From NCBI GenBank assembly GCA_021782995.1, contig JAJXUI010000006.1, forward strand, positions 16,395 through 80,394: a stretch of 64,000 bases of DNA, in the 5' to 3' direction. The translations under genes and the position numbers were made by a program. The DNA comes from Pseudomonadota bacterium (GTDB taxonomy: Bacteria; Pseudomonadota; Gammaproteobacteria; Burkholderiales; Gallionellaceae). This document shows, one piece after another, positions 7,928 to 18,211 of the stretch. The notes under the pieces are model-generated. The model worked only from the letters and a program-made list of their open reading frames with translations. It was not told the origin of the DNA and did no database searches. Numbering within the stretch: position 1 is the stretch's first letter; each line of letters begins with the position of its first letter.

Positions 7928-9163
7928 ATGACCATGTCGCTAGATCAAATCAAACTAAAACTAAACCAGCTGGGCTGGATTAAATATGCCGGCTTGCTGG
8001 TGTTGGCTTTGCTAGCCTGGTGGCTGGTTCAATACTGGCTGGGCCCCAAGGTGCCGGGGTATGTTGTGACCAGGGGTGAACTGATTCAAACCGTGGTGGC
8101 GAGCGGGCGGGTTGAGTCGCCTGCGCGGGTGGAAATTTCCAGCAAGATTACCGGCAAAGTGGTGTCTATCCCCGTGGCCGATGGGCAGAAGGTAAAGGCC
8201 GGGCAAACGCTGATTGAGATGGAAAAGGGTGATGAACGCGCCACGCTGGCACAGGCCCGGGCTGCGGTGGCACAGGCGGAGGCACGCTTGCAGCAAATCA
8301 GGGAGTTGACCCAGCCGGTGACCGAGCAAACATTGAAGCAGGCGAAAACCACGCTGGATATTGCCAGCAAGCAATATGCCAGAAACAAGGAATTATCCGC
8401 GCAGGGGTATGTGAGCCAGGCACAGCTGGATGACGCTTTGCGCAGTCTGGATATTGCAAAAAGCCAGTTGGCGAGTGCGGAGCTGCAGGTGCAGTCTTAC
8501 AAGAAAGAGGGCAGTGATTATGCCTTGGCTGAGGCGGCGTTGAATCAGGCGCGTGCGAATGAGCATGTGGCATTGGCCAGGCTGGGCAATACGGTGATCA
8601 AGGCGGTGTCGGATGGTGTTTTGATTTCACGCGCGGTGGAGCAGGGCAATGTGGTGATGCCGGGTAAAACATTGATGGTGATGTCGCCGGCTGGCAAAAC
8701 GCAATTGATCGTGCAGATAGATGAAAAAAATATGCGTTACCTGAAGCTGGGCCAGCATGCGCTGGTGGTGGCAGATGCGTATCCCGGACTGCGCTTTGAT
8801 GCGGTGCTGGCGTATATCAACCCGGGGGTGGATGCCACGCGCGGTTCGGTGGAAACCAAGCTCGATGTGCCTGCCCCGCCGGATTTTTTGCGGCAGGACA
8901 TGACGGTGTCGGTGGATATTGAGGTGGCAAGGCGTGCCGATGCACTTACCCTTTCGATGGCGGCCATCCGTGATGGCGCAGGCGCAGAACCCTGGGTGAT
9001 GGTGCTGGATAACGGGCGCATTAAACACCGCAAGGTGAAGCTGGGTGTGCGGGGAGATAGCAGGGTGGAAATTCTCGATGGGCTGCGCGAGGGTGATTGG
9101 GTGTTGCCTGCAATCAGTTTGCCCTACAAGGAAGGCAAGCGCCTTCGCATTGTTGCCCCCTGA
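7928..9163 (+). CDS. HlyD/MacA-type periplasmic adaptor (membrane fusion protein)
   Basis: 411 aa. N-terminal TM, long coiled-coil (AQARAAVAQAEARLQQ...), beta-barrel C-terminus. Immediately upstream of the FtsX-type permease and ABC ATPase. Confidence 0.85.
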   Translation: MTMSLDQIKLKLNQLGWIKYAGLLVLALLAWWLVQYWLGPKVPGYVVTRGELIQTVVASGRVESPARVEISSKITGKVVSIPVADGQKVKAGQTLIEMEKGDERATLAQARAAVAQAEARLQQIRELTQPVTEQTLKQAKTTLDIASKQYARNKELSAQGYVSQAQLDDALRSLDIAKSQLASAELQVQSYKKEGSDYALAEAALNQARANEHVALARLGNTVIKAVSDGVLISRAVEQGNVVMPGKTLMVMSPAGKTQLIVQIDEKNMRYLKLGQHALVVADAYPGLRFDAVLAYINPGVDATRGSVETKLDVPAPPDFLRQDMTVSVDIEVARRADALTLSMAAIRDGAGAEPWVMVLDNGRIKHRKVKLGVRGDSRVEILDGLREGDWVLPAISLPYKEGKRLRIVAP

Positions 9164-9189
9164 GGCCGCATAAAAATAAGGATAAAATT

Positions 9190-10419
9190 GTGAACAGGTT
9201 CGTTCCCTTTGAGTGGATAGCCGCAATTCGATTTTTGCGCGAGGGGCGTTTGCAGACTTTGTTCATCATCTCGGGTGTGGCGATTGGCGTTGGGGTGATT
9301 GTTTTTATGTCTGCCTTGCTGAGCGGGCTGCAGGCGAATCTGTTTTATCGGATCATGAGTTCGCAACCGCACATTACGCTGGAGCGCCCCAAGCAGGTGG
9401 TTACGTCTGTGCGGCAAGCCGAGCCGGGGCAGCAAATTGTTGAATCGGTGCAGAAGCCACCGCAGCGTGTCAGCTCGGTGGACCAATGGCAGAAGGTGCG
9501 TGACCTGATGCGCTCGCGCAACGATGTGCTGGCGGTTTCACCCACTGTTACCGGGCCTGCATTTGTGGTGAGGGGCAGCTCCAATCAGGCAATTTCACTC
9601 ACGGGAATTGATGTTGAGCAATACATCAAGATTGTGCCGCTGCCCGATAAAATGGTTGCCGGCACCTATCGCTTGACCAGTAACGACATCATCATCGGCA
9701 CGCAGCTGGCCGAAGACATGGGCATGCAACTGGGTGACAAGTTACGCGTGGCCACGGCGGAAGGGGCAAGCCGCACGCTGACGATAGTCGGAATTTTTGA
9801 TTTTGGTAACCGCAGCGCCAACCAGCGCACCACCTTTGTGCTGCTTTCGACCGCCCAGAATTTGCTCAATCTGCCGGGTAGTGTCACCAGTATCGATATG
9901 ACAGTTAAAGACCCCTATGCGGCCGAGACGATCGCTCAATCCATTGCCAGTGAAACAGGTTTGAATGCCTTGAGCTGGATAGCCAATAACAGCCAGTTTT
10001 TTCAGGGGATGAATGCGCAAACGATGTCCAGCATGTTGATACGGATTTTTGTGGGTTTGTCGGTGGCCGCAGGTATTGCCAGCGTGTTGGTGGTGTCTGT
10101 GGTGCAGCGGCAAAAAGATATTGGCATTTTGCGCGCGATGGGTGGTTCACGTGGGCAGGTGATGCGCGTGTTTCTGCTTCAGGGGGCGGTGGTAGGTTTG
10201 CTGGGTTCGATGATGGGGTCTTTACTGGGATTTTTGTTGTTGATGGCATGGCGCCTTGTGGCAAAAAATCCGGATGGCAGTGTGATGTTTGTCATCACGA
10301 TGGAGCCTGAACTTTTCATGTATTCCGCACTGGTTGCTACGCTAACCGGCCTTGTGGCTGCGGTGACACCGGCGGTGCGTGCGGCACGCCTGGACCCTGT
10401 GGTGGCGATTCGTGGTTAG
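9190..10419 (+). CDS. ABC transporter permease, FtsX/LolC-E/MacB-type
   Basis: GTG 9190 preceded by [25 protein letters not shown]... is a typical N-terminus. One TM, a large periplasmic domain, then three C-terminal TMs (FtsX fold). Confidence 0.85.
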   Translation: MNRFVPFEWIAAIRFLREGRLQTLFIISGVAIGVGVIVFMSALLSGLQANLFYRIMSSQPHITLERPKQVVTSVRQAEPGQQIVESVQKPPQRVSSVDQWQKVRDLMRSRNDVLAVSPTVTGPAFVVRGSSNQAISLTGIDVEQYIKIVPLPDKMVAGTYRLTSNDIIIGTQLAEDMGMQLGDKLRVATAEGASRTLTIVGIFDFGNRSANQRTTFVLLSTAQNLLNLPGSVTSIDMTVKDPYAAETIAQSIASETGLNALSWIANNSQFFQGMNAQTMSSMLIRIFVGLSVAAGIASVLVVSVVQRQKDIGILRAMGGSRGQVMRVFLLQGAVVGLLGSMMGSLLGFLLLMAWRLVAKNPDGSVMFVITMEPELFMYSALVATLTGLVAAVTPAVRAARLDPVVAIRG

Positions 10420-11095
10420 CGCGGTTTTACAACTGCAAGCGGTGCGCAAATCCTATGCGGTGGGTACACCGGTAGAAACCGAAGTGTTGCACGGCATCGA
10501 CATGCAGTTGAACAAAGGTGAGTTTGTTGCGCTGATCGGCCCCTCGGGTTCCGGTAAAAGCACCTTGCTCAATATCATGGGTTTGCTTGATCGCCCCACT
10601 CGCGGAAAATTGTTGATCAAGGATCAGGACACCAGCGCAATGGATGAATCACAACTGACCCAGTTGCGCGGTCAGGCCATCGGTTTCGTGTTTCAAACGC
10701 ATTTGTTGTTGACTGCCTTTACCGCACTTGAGAATGTGATGATGCCGCTGCTGTTGCAGCGCGGCCGCCCCGACGAAGCGATGAAGTCGCGAGCGGCTTC
10801 GCTGCTGGAGCAGGTTGGTCTGGCGCAGTGGCAAAACAATCTGGTCAACAATATGTCTGGCGGCCAGCAGCAGCGCGTGGCCATTGCCCGCGCACTTGCC
10901 CTGAACCCTTCATTGATACTCGCCGACGAGCCCACTGGCAACCTGGATACAAAATCTGCCGATGCGGTATTTGAACTGATGCGCAAAGTCAATCAGGATA
11001 GCGGAACAACTTTTTTGATGGTGACGCATAACGTGGGGATGGCGAGCCGATGTGATCGTGTTTTGAATCTGGTGGATGGAATTATTCTGGCTTAG
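10412..11095 (+). CDS. ABC transporter ATP-binding protein (LolD/MacB-type)
   Basis: GPSGSGKST Walker [16 protein letters not shown] signature, [11 protein letters not shown] Walker B. GTG 10412 overlaps the permease stop (10417-10419). Confidence 0.9.
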   Translation: MVSAVLQLQAVRKSYAVGTPVETEVLHGIDMQLNKGEFVALIGPSGSGKSTLLNIMGLLDRPTRGKLLIKDQDTSAMDESQLTQLRGQAIGFVFQTHLLLTAFTALENVMMPLLLQRGRPDEAMKSRAASLLEQVGLAQWQNNLVNNMSGGQQQRVAIARALALNPSLILADEPTGNLDTKSADAVFELMRKVNQDSGTTFLMVTHNVGMASRCDRVLNLVDGIILA

Positions 11096-11366
11096 TACGA
11101 GCCTTAACATCAGGCATAAAGGCAAGGTGCCATTGCATTCTCCGCCATCGATGAAGGTTGTTACATCCGGCCCAGTCAGCTTCCTTCGAGAAATAAACCT
11201 TGCTATTGCGCTGGGTATCATGCATAGTGCGTATAGCGATTCTCAAGCATGTATTCGTAGTCTGGTTTTGTACACGCGTTCCGCGTATATCACTTTCCTC
11301 TTGTCGTCTTGACCTTCGTCCCTTGCGGGGAGGTTTCCCCATTGTTTTTTTCAGGAGTATCAAGAT

Positions 11367-11570
11367 ATGGCAACAGGTAGTGTCAAGTGGTTCAACGATG
11401 CAAAGGGCTTTGGCTTCATCACCCCGGCTGACGGGGGCGCTGATCTCTTCGCGCATTTTTCCGCAATCCAGAATTCAGGTTTCAAGAGTCTGATTGAAGG
11501 TCAGCAGGTCAGTTTTGATGTGACCACCGGCCCCAAAGGGTTGCAGGCATCGAATATCCGCGCAGCGTAA
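11367..11570 (+). CDS. cspA: Cold-shock protein, CspA family
   Basis: 67 aa. [17 protein letters not shown] (RNP1) and DLFAHFSAI (RNP2). About 270 nt of untranslated sequence lies upstream. Confidence 0.95.
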   Translation: MATGSVKWFNDAKGFGFITPADGGADLFAHFSAIQNSGFKSLIEGQQVSFDVTTGPKGLQASNIRAA

Positions 11571-11617
11571 CCGGACTGGCAGGACTGCTCAGCCAGTCTG
11601 CAGGTCTACCGGAAAAG

Positions 11618-11644
11618 CCCGGCATTGCCGGGTTTTTTCTTTTC
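11618..11644 (+). terminator. Rho-independent terminator after cspA
   Basis: CCCGGC-ATT-GCCGGG hairpin followed by TTTTTTCTTTT. Confidence 0.75.
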
Positions 11645-11663
11645 AACTTAAGGAGATTTAATC

Positions 11664-11921
11664 ATGGCCAAGGAAGAACTGCTGGAAATGAGTGGAATGG
11701 TGAATGAAGTGCTGCCTGACTCGCGTTTCCGCGTGACGCTGGAAAACGGGCACGTTATCGTGGCCTATACTGCCGGCAAAATGCGCAAGAACCACATCCG
11801 CATCATCGCCGGCGATAAGGTTTCGCTGGAACTTTCGCCCTATGATTTGAGCAAGGGTCGTATTACCTTCCGTCATATTGAAGGCCGCCCATTCGTGGCA
11901 CAACAACGCCGCCGATTCTGA
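11664..11921 (+). CDS. infA: Translation initiation factor IF-1 paralog with short C-terminal extension
   Basis: [71 protein letters not shown] matches IF-1 end to end. 85 aa versus about 72 aa for typical IF-1. Confidence 0.9.
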   Translation: MAKEELLEMSGMVNEVLPDSRFRVTLENGHVIVAYTAGKMRKNHIRIIAGDKVSLELSPYDLSKGRITFRHIEGRPFVAQQRRRF

Positions 11922-12654
11922 TTTTTGGCGGGTCCCGGTGAGATCCATTCTCGCCATCGCAATAGTATATGATCCGGAATGCGTAGGGGACATCGCGCCT
12001 ATCCGTTTTCGCTCATCCACGATGTCAGGCCGATTTTCAATCAAGTGCCAACTGGCTATCTGGTCTCCTCTTTCTAGCTTGCCATAGCGCTTGCGACGCT
12101 TCCTCTGGCAGCATGGTTGCTCCGACAATATGCCACCTCAGGTCGTCTGCATGGACAGGCTGGAATACTGATTCCGGGCTGATTTCAGCATGCCCACTGA
12201 ATTGCTCTGGTCTCGATTCCTGCAACAGCATTTTCTCGGAAAATTGCGAGCTTGCTTCATCTCTCCTGAGTTATTCATCGCACGGTGACTACAGCCATGA
12301 GTGGGCCTGTTCAGGCACATCGCCACACTTCCCGCAGTGCCTTGCCAGTTCCCGGCTCATCGTCGCACTGCGCCTGCTCTGTTCAATCATTCAGCAATTC
12401 CTGCCTGCTTATGTCCTGCTTTCAATCATGTGTAAATCTGGTATCGTTCTTCTCGGGTTAGGGGAGTGTACATTTTGCAATTTCGACTGGCTGGGCAATC
12501 AGGCAGGAAGCTAACGGTTCCTAAACGCTTGTCACTGCATTTACAAATTTGCACTTCACACTGGAATTTGCCATGGATATGAAAGGTATGGTACTTGAAG
12601 AACGGACTTTTGCCCTCACGGTTGTTTGCGGTTGAATGGTATTTGAAAGCGCGG

Positions 12655-15279
12655 ATGAAGCAGGTGTGTGTGCTGGCGTTACTGGCACTTGTTCCGCAGG
12701 TGGGGCTGGCGCGGGATTACAGTATCGGCGCTGCGCCTGCATGGGTGCAGCGCATCGCGGTGGAGGCGGGCACAGCGAAGCCGGTAGCTGAAATCAGCGA
12801 TGGTGTCTTTGACTTGCTCAATGACAAGCAGGTCAGGATCGATGACGGCGAATTGCAGGGTTTTTATCATTTTGCCGTACGTGCCGAGAGTGACAAGGGG
12901 CTGGACAGGGTGGCATCGATCACGATTGGTTTTGATCCGGCCTACCAGACGTTGACGCTGCACACGCTCAATGTGATCCGCAAGGGGCAGGTTATCTCGC
13001 ATCTGCGCACGGCCACGGTACGCGTGTTGCAGCGCGAGACGGAGCTGGAGGCGAGGATTTTTGACGGGCGCAAGACGGCCAGTATTTTCCTGGAAGATGT
13101 GCGGGTGGGCGATGTCGTGGAATACGCCTATTCGCTGAAGGGCTCAAACCCGGTGTTTGGCGGCCGCCATTTTGGTGGCATGAACATCGGGTGGAGCGTG
13201 CCGGTGGCGCGCAATTATGGGCGGCTGCTGGTGCAGAACGGCAGGTCGATCCAGCTGAAATATCATCTGACCAAATTGCAACCGGTGGAGAAAAATGCGG
13301 GGAAATTTCATGAATATATATGGGATATCCGCAATCAGGCGCCGATTCATGTAGATAGTGATGTGCCGGGGTGGTATGACCCTTACCCCTGGGTGCAGTG
13401 GACGGAATTTGGCGATTGGGGGAGCGTGGCGCACTGGGCTGAGGGTTTGTATCGCACACCGGCAAGCATGAGTCCAGCCTTGCAGGAAGTGGTGGATCGC
13501 CTGAAGCAGAATGTGAAACCCTCAGAGCGTGCGATTGCCGCGCTGCAATTCGTGCAGCGTGAGATTCGCTATCTGGGGGTGGAAATTGGCGTGGGATCGC
13601 ATGCGCCGAGTTCGCCCGAACTGGTTTTGAAGCGGCGTTTTGGCGATTGCAAGGACAAGACCTTGCTCACCGTTACGCTGTTGCGCGCTTTGGGGATTGA
13701 TGCGCATCCCGCGTTGGTCAATACCGAGATACAGCGCGGTATCCTCGAGCAGCCGCCCAGCCCCGGCGTGTTTAATCATGTGATCGTGCAGGCGCGCGCG
13801 GATGATCGGGTATATTGGCTCGACCCCACGCGCGAACTGCAGACCGGCACGCTCAATACGATTTCTCAGCCCGATTTTGGCCAGACGCTGCTGGTGGACG
13901 CGAAAACCCGCGATCTGACCCCGATGGACACACGGGCAGAAACACGCCTCAGAAGCCGGCAAATTGTTGCCGAGTTCAACGCCCGTAATGGCCTGGACAA
14001 GCCGCTGGTGTATACCGTGACGACACGGGCTGAGGGGGAGGGAGCCGAGATTCTGCGCAGTAACTTGTCTTCAGGCACGCATGACTGGATGCAGAAGGAG
14101 TTTCTGAATTTTTATGCGCGTTACTACCCCGGCATCGAGATCGCAGCCCCCTTTGAGGTGGTGGATGATGCCAGGGAGAATCGTATTTCCGTGATTGAGC
14201 ATTACAGGATCAAGGATTTCTGGAAGCACAATGATGAGCGAAAACGGCTGGAAGCAACCAGCTATGTGCCGGATATGGAAGATATGCTGAAGCAGCCACA
14301 CGCTACGCTGCGTTCCGATCCCTTGCTGCTGCAGCATCCGGTGGATGTGACGGTCAATTCGGTGTGGTTGCTGCCGGAGGAATGGACGCTGACGCCGGAC
14401 AGCGAGAACATTGATGATCCGGCTTTCAAGTTTGAGCATCACCTGAGCCTGGTGGACAACAAGCGCAAGGTGGTCGAAACGGATCATTTCGTCAGCCGTG
14501 CCGATTTCGTTGCGGGTGCCGATGCGCAGCGCTATGCAGCCAATCTTGAAAAGGCCAGGCAGGCTTTGGGCATCACGCTCTCAATGCGAGATGCCGTGGC
14601 AGGCGAGCCGGCACAGGCTGCGAATCCGCCCGGCATCATGGAGCGCTTCAACTGGAGCATCGCAATGCTGGCGCTTACGCTGACAGCGCTGCTGATCTGG
14701 CTTGCGCAACGACTCTATCGCTACGACCCGGTGCCAGGCGCTGTGACCGACCCGGGCATACAGGGCATAGGCGGCTGGCTGTTGTTGCCCGCACTGGGTA
14801 TTTTTGTGCAGCCGCTGAAAATCCTGAAGGATCTGGTAGACCTTGCGCCGTCGTATGCCGCAGACACCTGGATGCAGCTGACGACGGCGGGCCAGCCGTC
14901 CTACCATGCCATGTGGGCGCCTACTTTGTTGTTTGAGCTGACGGCGAATCTGGGTTTGCTGGTGTTTTCGGTACTGCTCCTGATTCTGTTTGTCAAAAAG
15001 CGCAGCAGTTTGCCGTATGTGTTTGTGGCTTTCCAGGTTGGGGCTTTGCTTGTGACTGTTACGGATAATCTGGTGGCAAACCTGATTCCTGCGGTCAAGC
15101 AAACGTCGGCAATATCGAACTGGGCGGTGGCGATCAAGCAGGGGATTTCGCTGGCGATCTGGGGCAGTTATTTCATGATGTCACAGCGCGTTAAATCAAC
15201 ATTTGTGCATACCTTGCGCGCCCGGAAGGCCACAACAACGCAGCCGCAGATTGAGCAGAACCTGACAGGTCAGGAATGA
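12655..15279 (+). CDS. Transglutaminase-like cysteine protease family protein (DUF3857-type N-terminus) fused to a C-terminal polytopic membrane domain
   Basis: Signal peptide MKQVCVLALLALVPQVGLA from ATG 12655. Core RRFGDCKDKTLLTVTLLRALGIDAHPALV (catalytic Cys). The last ~200 aa contain about 6 hydrophobic helices. Confidence 0.75.
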   Translation: MKQVCVLALLALVPQVGLARDYSIGAAPAWVQRIAVEAGTAKPVAEISDGVFDLLNDKQVRIDDGELQGFYHFAVRAESDKGLDRVASITIGFDPAYQTLTLHTLNVIRKGQVISHLRTATVRVLQRETELEARIFDGRKTASIFLEDVRVGDVVEYAYSLKGSNPVFGGRHFGGMNIGWSVPVARNYGRLLVQNGRSIQLKYHLTKLQPVEKNAGKFHEYIWDIRNQAPIHVDSDVPGWYDPYPWVQWTEFGDWGSVAHWAEGLYRTPASMSPALQEVVDRLKQNVKPSERAIAALQFVQREIRYLGVEIGVGSHAPSSPELVLKRRFGDCKDKTLLTVTLLRALGIDAHPALVNTEIQRGILEQPPSPGVFNHVIVQARADDRVYWLDPTRELQTGTLNTISQPDFGQTLLVDAKTRDLTPMDTRAETRLRSRQIVAEFNARNGLDKPLVYTVTTRAEGEGAEILRSNLSSGTHDWMQKEFLNFYARYYPGIEIAAPFEVVDDARENRISVIEHYRIKDFWKHNDERKRLEATSYVPDMEDMLKQPHATLRSDPLLLQHPVDVTVNSVWLLPEEWTLTPDSENIDDPAFKFEHHLSLVDNKRKVVETDHFVSRADFVAGADAQRYAANLEKARQALGITLSMRDAVAGEPAQAANPPGIMERFNWSIAMLALTLTALLIWLAQRLYRYDPVPGAVTDPGIQGIGGWLLLPALGIFVQPLKILKDLVDLAPSYAADTWMQLTTAGQPSYHAMWAPTLLFELTANLGLLVFSVLLLILFVKKRSSLPYVFVAFQVGALLVTVTDNLVANLIPAVKQTSAISNWAVAIKQGISLAIWGSYFMMSQRVKSTFVHTLRARKATTTQPQIEQNLTGQE

Positions 15280-15414
15280 ATGCCGGCTGGTGCGGGCCAG
15301 ACGCCATTTCCAGGTGAACATGCGCCGGGGAATGGCATACACCCGTGACAGTCCCGATTGCAGTTCGGGCAATATGCCAGGTGCAATATCAAGATCATTT
15401 GTCAAAGAGGCTTT

Positions 15415-16146
15415 ATGAAAATTTCCATTTCCTCGCTGTTACTCATGCTGCTGGCCATTCTCCCGCTTGGCGTCACTGCGGCAGATGCTGCTTTTACTGA
15501 AAAACCTGGGGTGATCTACTGGAGCTCGGATACGGGCAAGGTGTTGCGCGCCAGAATCAAACCGGACGCGGATTACTGGCAGCTCATACCGTGGTTCACA
15601 AACCAGATCAACCAGACCTATTGCGGGGTGGCCAGTGCGGTGACGGTGTTGAATGCAATGCCGATCAAGAAGCCGGTTGATCCCATCTATGCGCCGCATG
15701 CCTTTTTCACGCAAAGCAATTTCTTCACGCCTGAAGTGGTGAAGGTGATCGGTCCGCAGACGGTGCGCATGATGGGCATGACCCGTGCAGAGATGGTGGA
15801 GACGCTGACGCAGCTTGGCGTGAAGGCGAAATCCGTTTCGGGTGGCGAGGTGGATGATGCGGCGCTGCGCAAGCTGGTGCAGCAGGCGATGGGCGATGAC
15901 GGGCAGTATGTGATGGTCAATTTCCTGCGCAGCGCATTAGGCCAGCCCGGTGGCGGGCATTGGTCGGTGCTGGCGGCCTATGATGATAAATCGGATCGCG
16001 TGCTGATCCTCGATGTGTCGAAATACATGTATGAGCCGGAGTGGGTCACGATCCGAACGCTGCGCAAGGCGATAGACACAATGGACTTCACCAGCCTGAA
16101 GAAGCGGGGGCTGGTGTTCGTTTCGCAAATGCAATCGGCTAAGTAA
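15415..16146 (+). CDS. Periplasmic phytochelatin-synthase-like protein, copy 2
   Basis: Signal peptide MKISISSLLLMLLAILPLGVTAADA. Same Cys/His/Asp motifs as copy 1. Long identical runs with copy 1, e.g. LRARIKPDADYWQLIPWFTNQINQ and YCGVASAVTVLNAMPIKKPVDPIYAP. Confidence 0.8.
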   Translation: MKISISSLLLMLLAILPLGVTAADAAFTEKPGVIYWSSDTGKVLRARIKPDADYWQLIPWFTNQINQTYCGVASAVTVLNAMPIKKPVDPIYAPHAFFTQSNFFTPEVVKVIGPQTVRMMGMTRAEMVETLTQLGVKAKSVSGGEVDDAALRKLVQQAMGDDGQYVMVNFLRSALGQPGGGHWSVLAAYDDKSDRVLILDVSKYMYEPEWVTIRTLRKAIDTMDFTSLKKRGLVFVSQMQSAK

Positions 16147-16169
16147 AATGCGGCATATAATACAACTAA

Positions 16170-16233
16170 TTGAATTATTTATGGTATTTGTATTTGTAGA
16201 TAAACCGCAGGGGTCAGGCTGTAGTCTTTTGAG
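16170..16233 (+). repeat. Intergenic TGAAT-core AT-rich motif plus GGGGTCAGG box
   Basis: TTGAATTATTTAT 16170-16182 (identical 13-mer at 58061-58073). GGGGTCAGGCTGTAG from 16210. Confidence 0.6.
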
Positions 16234-16292
16234 CTGACGCTATCTTTCAGCAAGGTGAACCTGCATTCATTCCGTTATAGAAAAGGGTGTGT

Positions 16293-16889
16293 ATGAAATC
16301 TTTTATACGTGAAAATCCCACCATTGCTTTTGGCCTGGGCTTGCCGCTGATACTGGTTGTGGTGTTCCTGCTGGCTTCCGGCCTGCCTGCGCTGTTTGTT
16401 GATTCCCCGAAATATGATGTGCTGTACCTGACGAATTACTATGGCAATGCCGGCGTTCAGGTGTCTGTGGTGAACAGGAAGGTGCAGGTGGTGTATCAGG
16501 GGAGCATGCTGGGTTACCAGCAGCCGCACATGTGGCGTTACAACCCGGTAACGGGCGGAGTGACGGAAATTTCCATGATGTTGCCACCCGGCCTTGCCGC
16601 TGCCGGCCAAAAAAATTCACCTGAGGATGCTGCAAAGATCACGCCGATCGAGGTACCCGATCTGGCGGGGTTGACGGTAGATCCTTCGTCGGTTGCGCCT
16701 GACGGTTACGAATTCAGCACGGGCGAACGGATTTACGGGGGGGATGTGTTCACCGGCCTGTTTTATTCCGGGCGTTACCGCAACGAGGCGGTGTTGACGA
16801 AAAAAGGCCGCAGCATCCGCTTGCCGCGTGCAGAGGATGAATATTATGGCAATGGCGCGCGACTGGTGGGCTGGGTGGTAGCGCCATGA
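16293..16889 (+). CDS. Hypothetical protein with a single N-terminal TM helix
   Basis: MKSFIRENPTIAFGLGLPLILVVVFLLASGL... No recognisable motif. Its stop overlaps the next start (ATGA at 16886-16889). Confidence 0.5.
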   Translation: MKSFIRENPTIAFGLGLPLILVVVFLLASGLPALFVDSPKYDVLYLTNYYGNAGVQVSVVNRKVQVVYQGSMLGYQQPHMWRYNPVTGGVTEISMMLPPGLAAAGQKNSPEDAAKITPIEVPDLAGLTVDPSSVAPDGYEFSTGERIYGGDVFTGLFYSGRYRNEAVLTKKGRSIRLPRAEDEYYGNGARLVGWVVAP

Positions 16890-18079
16890 TGTGGCTGTTG
16901 CTGCTGGTCGTCATTTTCATGCTGATGGGCGGCCTGTGGTGGGGCTGGCCGTTGCTGGCGGGGCTGCTGGGGGTGTCTGCCGTTGCGGACAAGCCGGGTG
17001 CGCTGGCGCAGATCGCACAGCTGATGCGCAACTATGATATTTCCCTGCATGAGGTGGAAACTGCCTGCAACGCCGCTGCCCATGCGCAGCCGGCACAGGC
17101 GAGCCGCAGCAAGGGCGATATTGCCAAGACGCTGTTTGTGTATCTGGGCGCGATTTTCATACTGGCGGGGATAGGCACGTATGTCAGCATGTTCTGGGCG
17201 AGCATGGGCAGCGTGATGCGGGTCGTGGTGACACTGGGCGTGGGCTATATTTTGCTGATCGTGCTGGTGTCTGCATTGCATGAAAAGAAATTCCCGCGCC
17301 TGATCCTGCCGCTGACGCTGGCCGCTGCATTCATGCTGACCAGTGGCTGGTTTGTGTTTATCCATGAGGTGTTCCCGCGCGGTGATAACTGGCGGCTGGC
17401 GGTGCTGGCCGTGTTCGGCATGATGACGCTGCATCAGGGGCTGTTATTTGGCAAGTTTCGCCTGACCGTGCTGGCCTTCACCGCGCTGTTTTTCGCTTAC
17501 GGCTTCATGCAAGTGGGGCTGGACCTGCTGCATATGCCCTATGCCTATATCGCCATCATTCTGGGCGGCTCGCTGTACCTGGTGGCGCAGGGGCTGGAGG
17601 CAACACGCCACCGCTTGCTTGCCGCGCCGGCCTTCCTGCTCGGTGCGATCTGGTTGTACAGCGGGCTGTTTGAGCGCATTGCAAATGTGACTTCGCCCGC
17701 CTGGGCGAATTTCATCATCGGCGTGTGTGTGATGCTGACGGCGTATGGCTTGCAGCAGGCCGGCCGGCACGGCGGCCTGGCGAGCCTGGCCTATTTCTTC
17801 GGTTCCTTGATGGCGTATGCCGGTTTGTTCGACCTGCTGCACAACACGGCATTCGAGCTGCTATATCTGGGGGTGACGGCATCGGTGCTGTATGCTTGTG
17901 TGGTGTTGCAAAGCCGGGCGCTGCTGTTTACCACGGTGCTTGTGATGCTGGGCTTCATCGGTTTTTATACGTCACGGCATTTTGCCCATTCGCTGGGCTG
18001 GCCGGTGTCACTTGTGCTGATGGGGGTTGCATTCCTGGGGATAGGCACGCTTGCGCTCAAGGTCAAACAGAAGATGTGA
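16886..18079 (+). CDS. Hypothetical polytopic membrane protein
   Basis: 397 aa, about 10 hydrophobic helices. Translationally coupled to the upstream ORF. Confidence 0.55.
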   Translation: MMWLLLLVVIFMLMGGLWWGWPLLAGLLGVSAVADKPGALAQIAQLMRNYDISLHEVETACNAAAHAQPAQASRSKGDIAKTLFVYLGAIFILAGIGTYVSMFWASMGSVMRVVVTLGVGYILLIVLVSALHEKKFPRLILPLTLAAAFMLTSGWFVFIHEVFPRGDNWRLAVLAVFGMMTLHQGLLFGKFRLTVLAFTALFFAYGFMQVGLDLLHMPYAYIAIILGGSLYLVAQGLEATRHRLLAAPAFLLGAIWLYSGLFERIANVTSPAWANFIIGVCVMLTAYGLQQAGRHGGLASLAYFFGSLMAYAGLFDLLHNTAFELLYLGVTASVLYACVVLQSRALLFTTVLVMLGFIGFYTSRHFAHSLGWPVSLVLMGVAFLGIGTLALKVKQKM

Positions 18080-18211
18080 ATTGAAGTGATCTAAGATGGG
18101 AGCGGTGCAAATTGTATTGAGGAAATCCCTAAGTGCTCCCAAGTCGTGGCGCAGTCGTTTCTGCGTTGCCCGAGAGGGGGATGACTATTCCGCACTACAG
18201 AGGCCAATGCC

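Noticed and set aside
11658-12128. 156-aa minus-strand ORF
   Set aside because: Its first half is antisense to the well-supported infA gene. The remainder has no motifs.
16170-16200. TTGAAT motifs acting as sigma-70 -35 hexamers
   Set aside because: No consistent TATAAT-like hexamer is found at 16-18 nt spacing across the copies.
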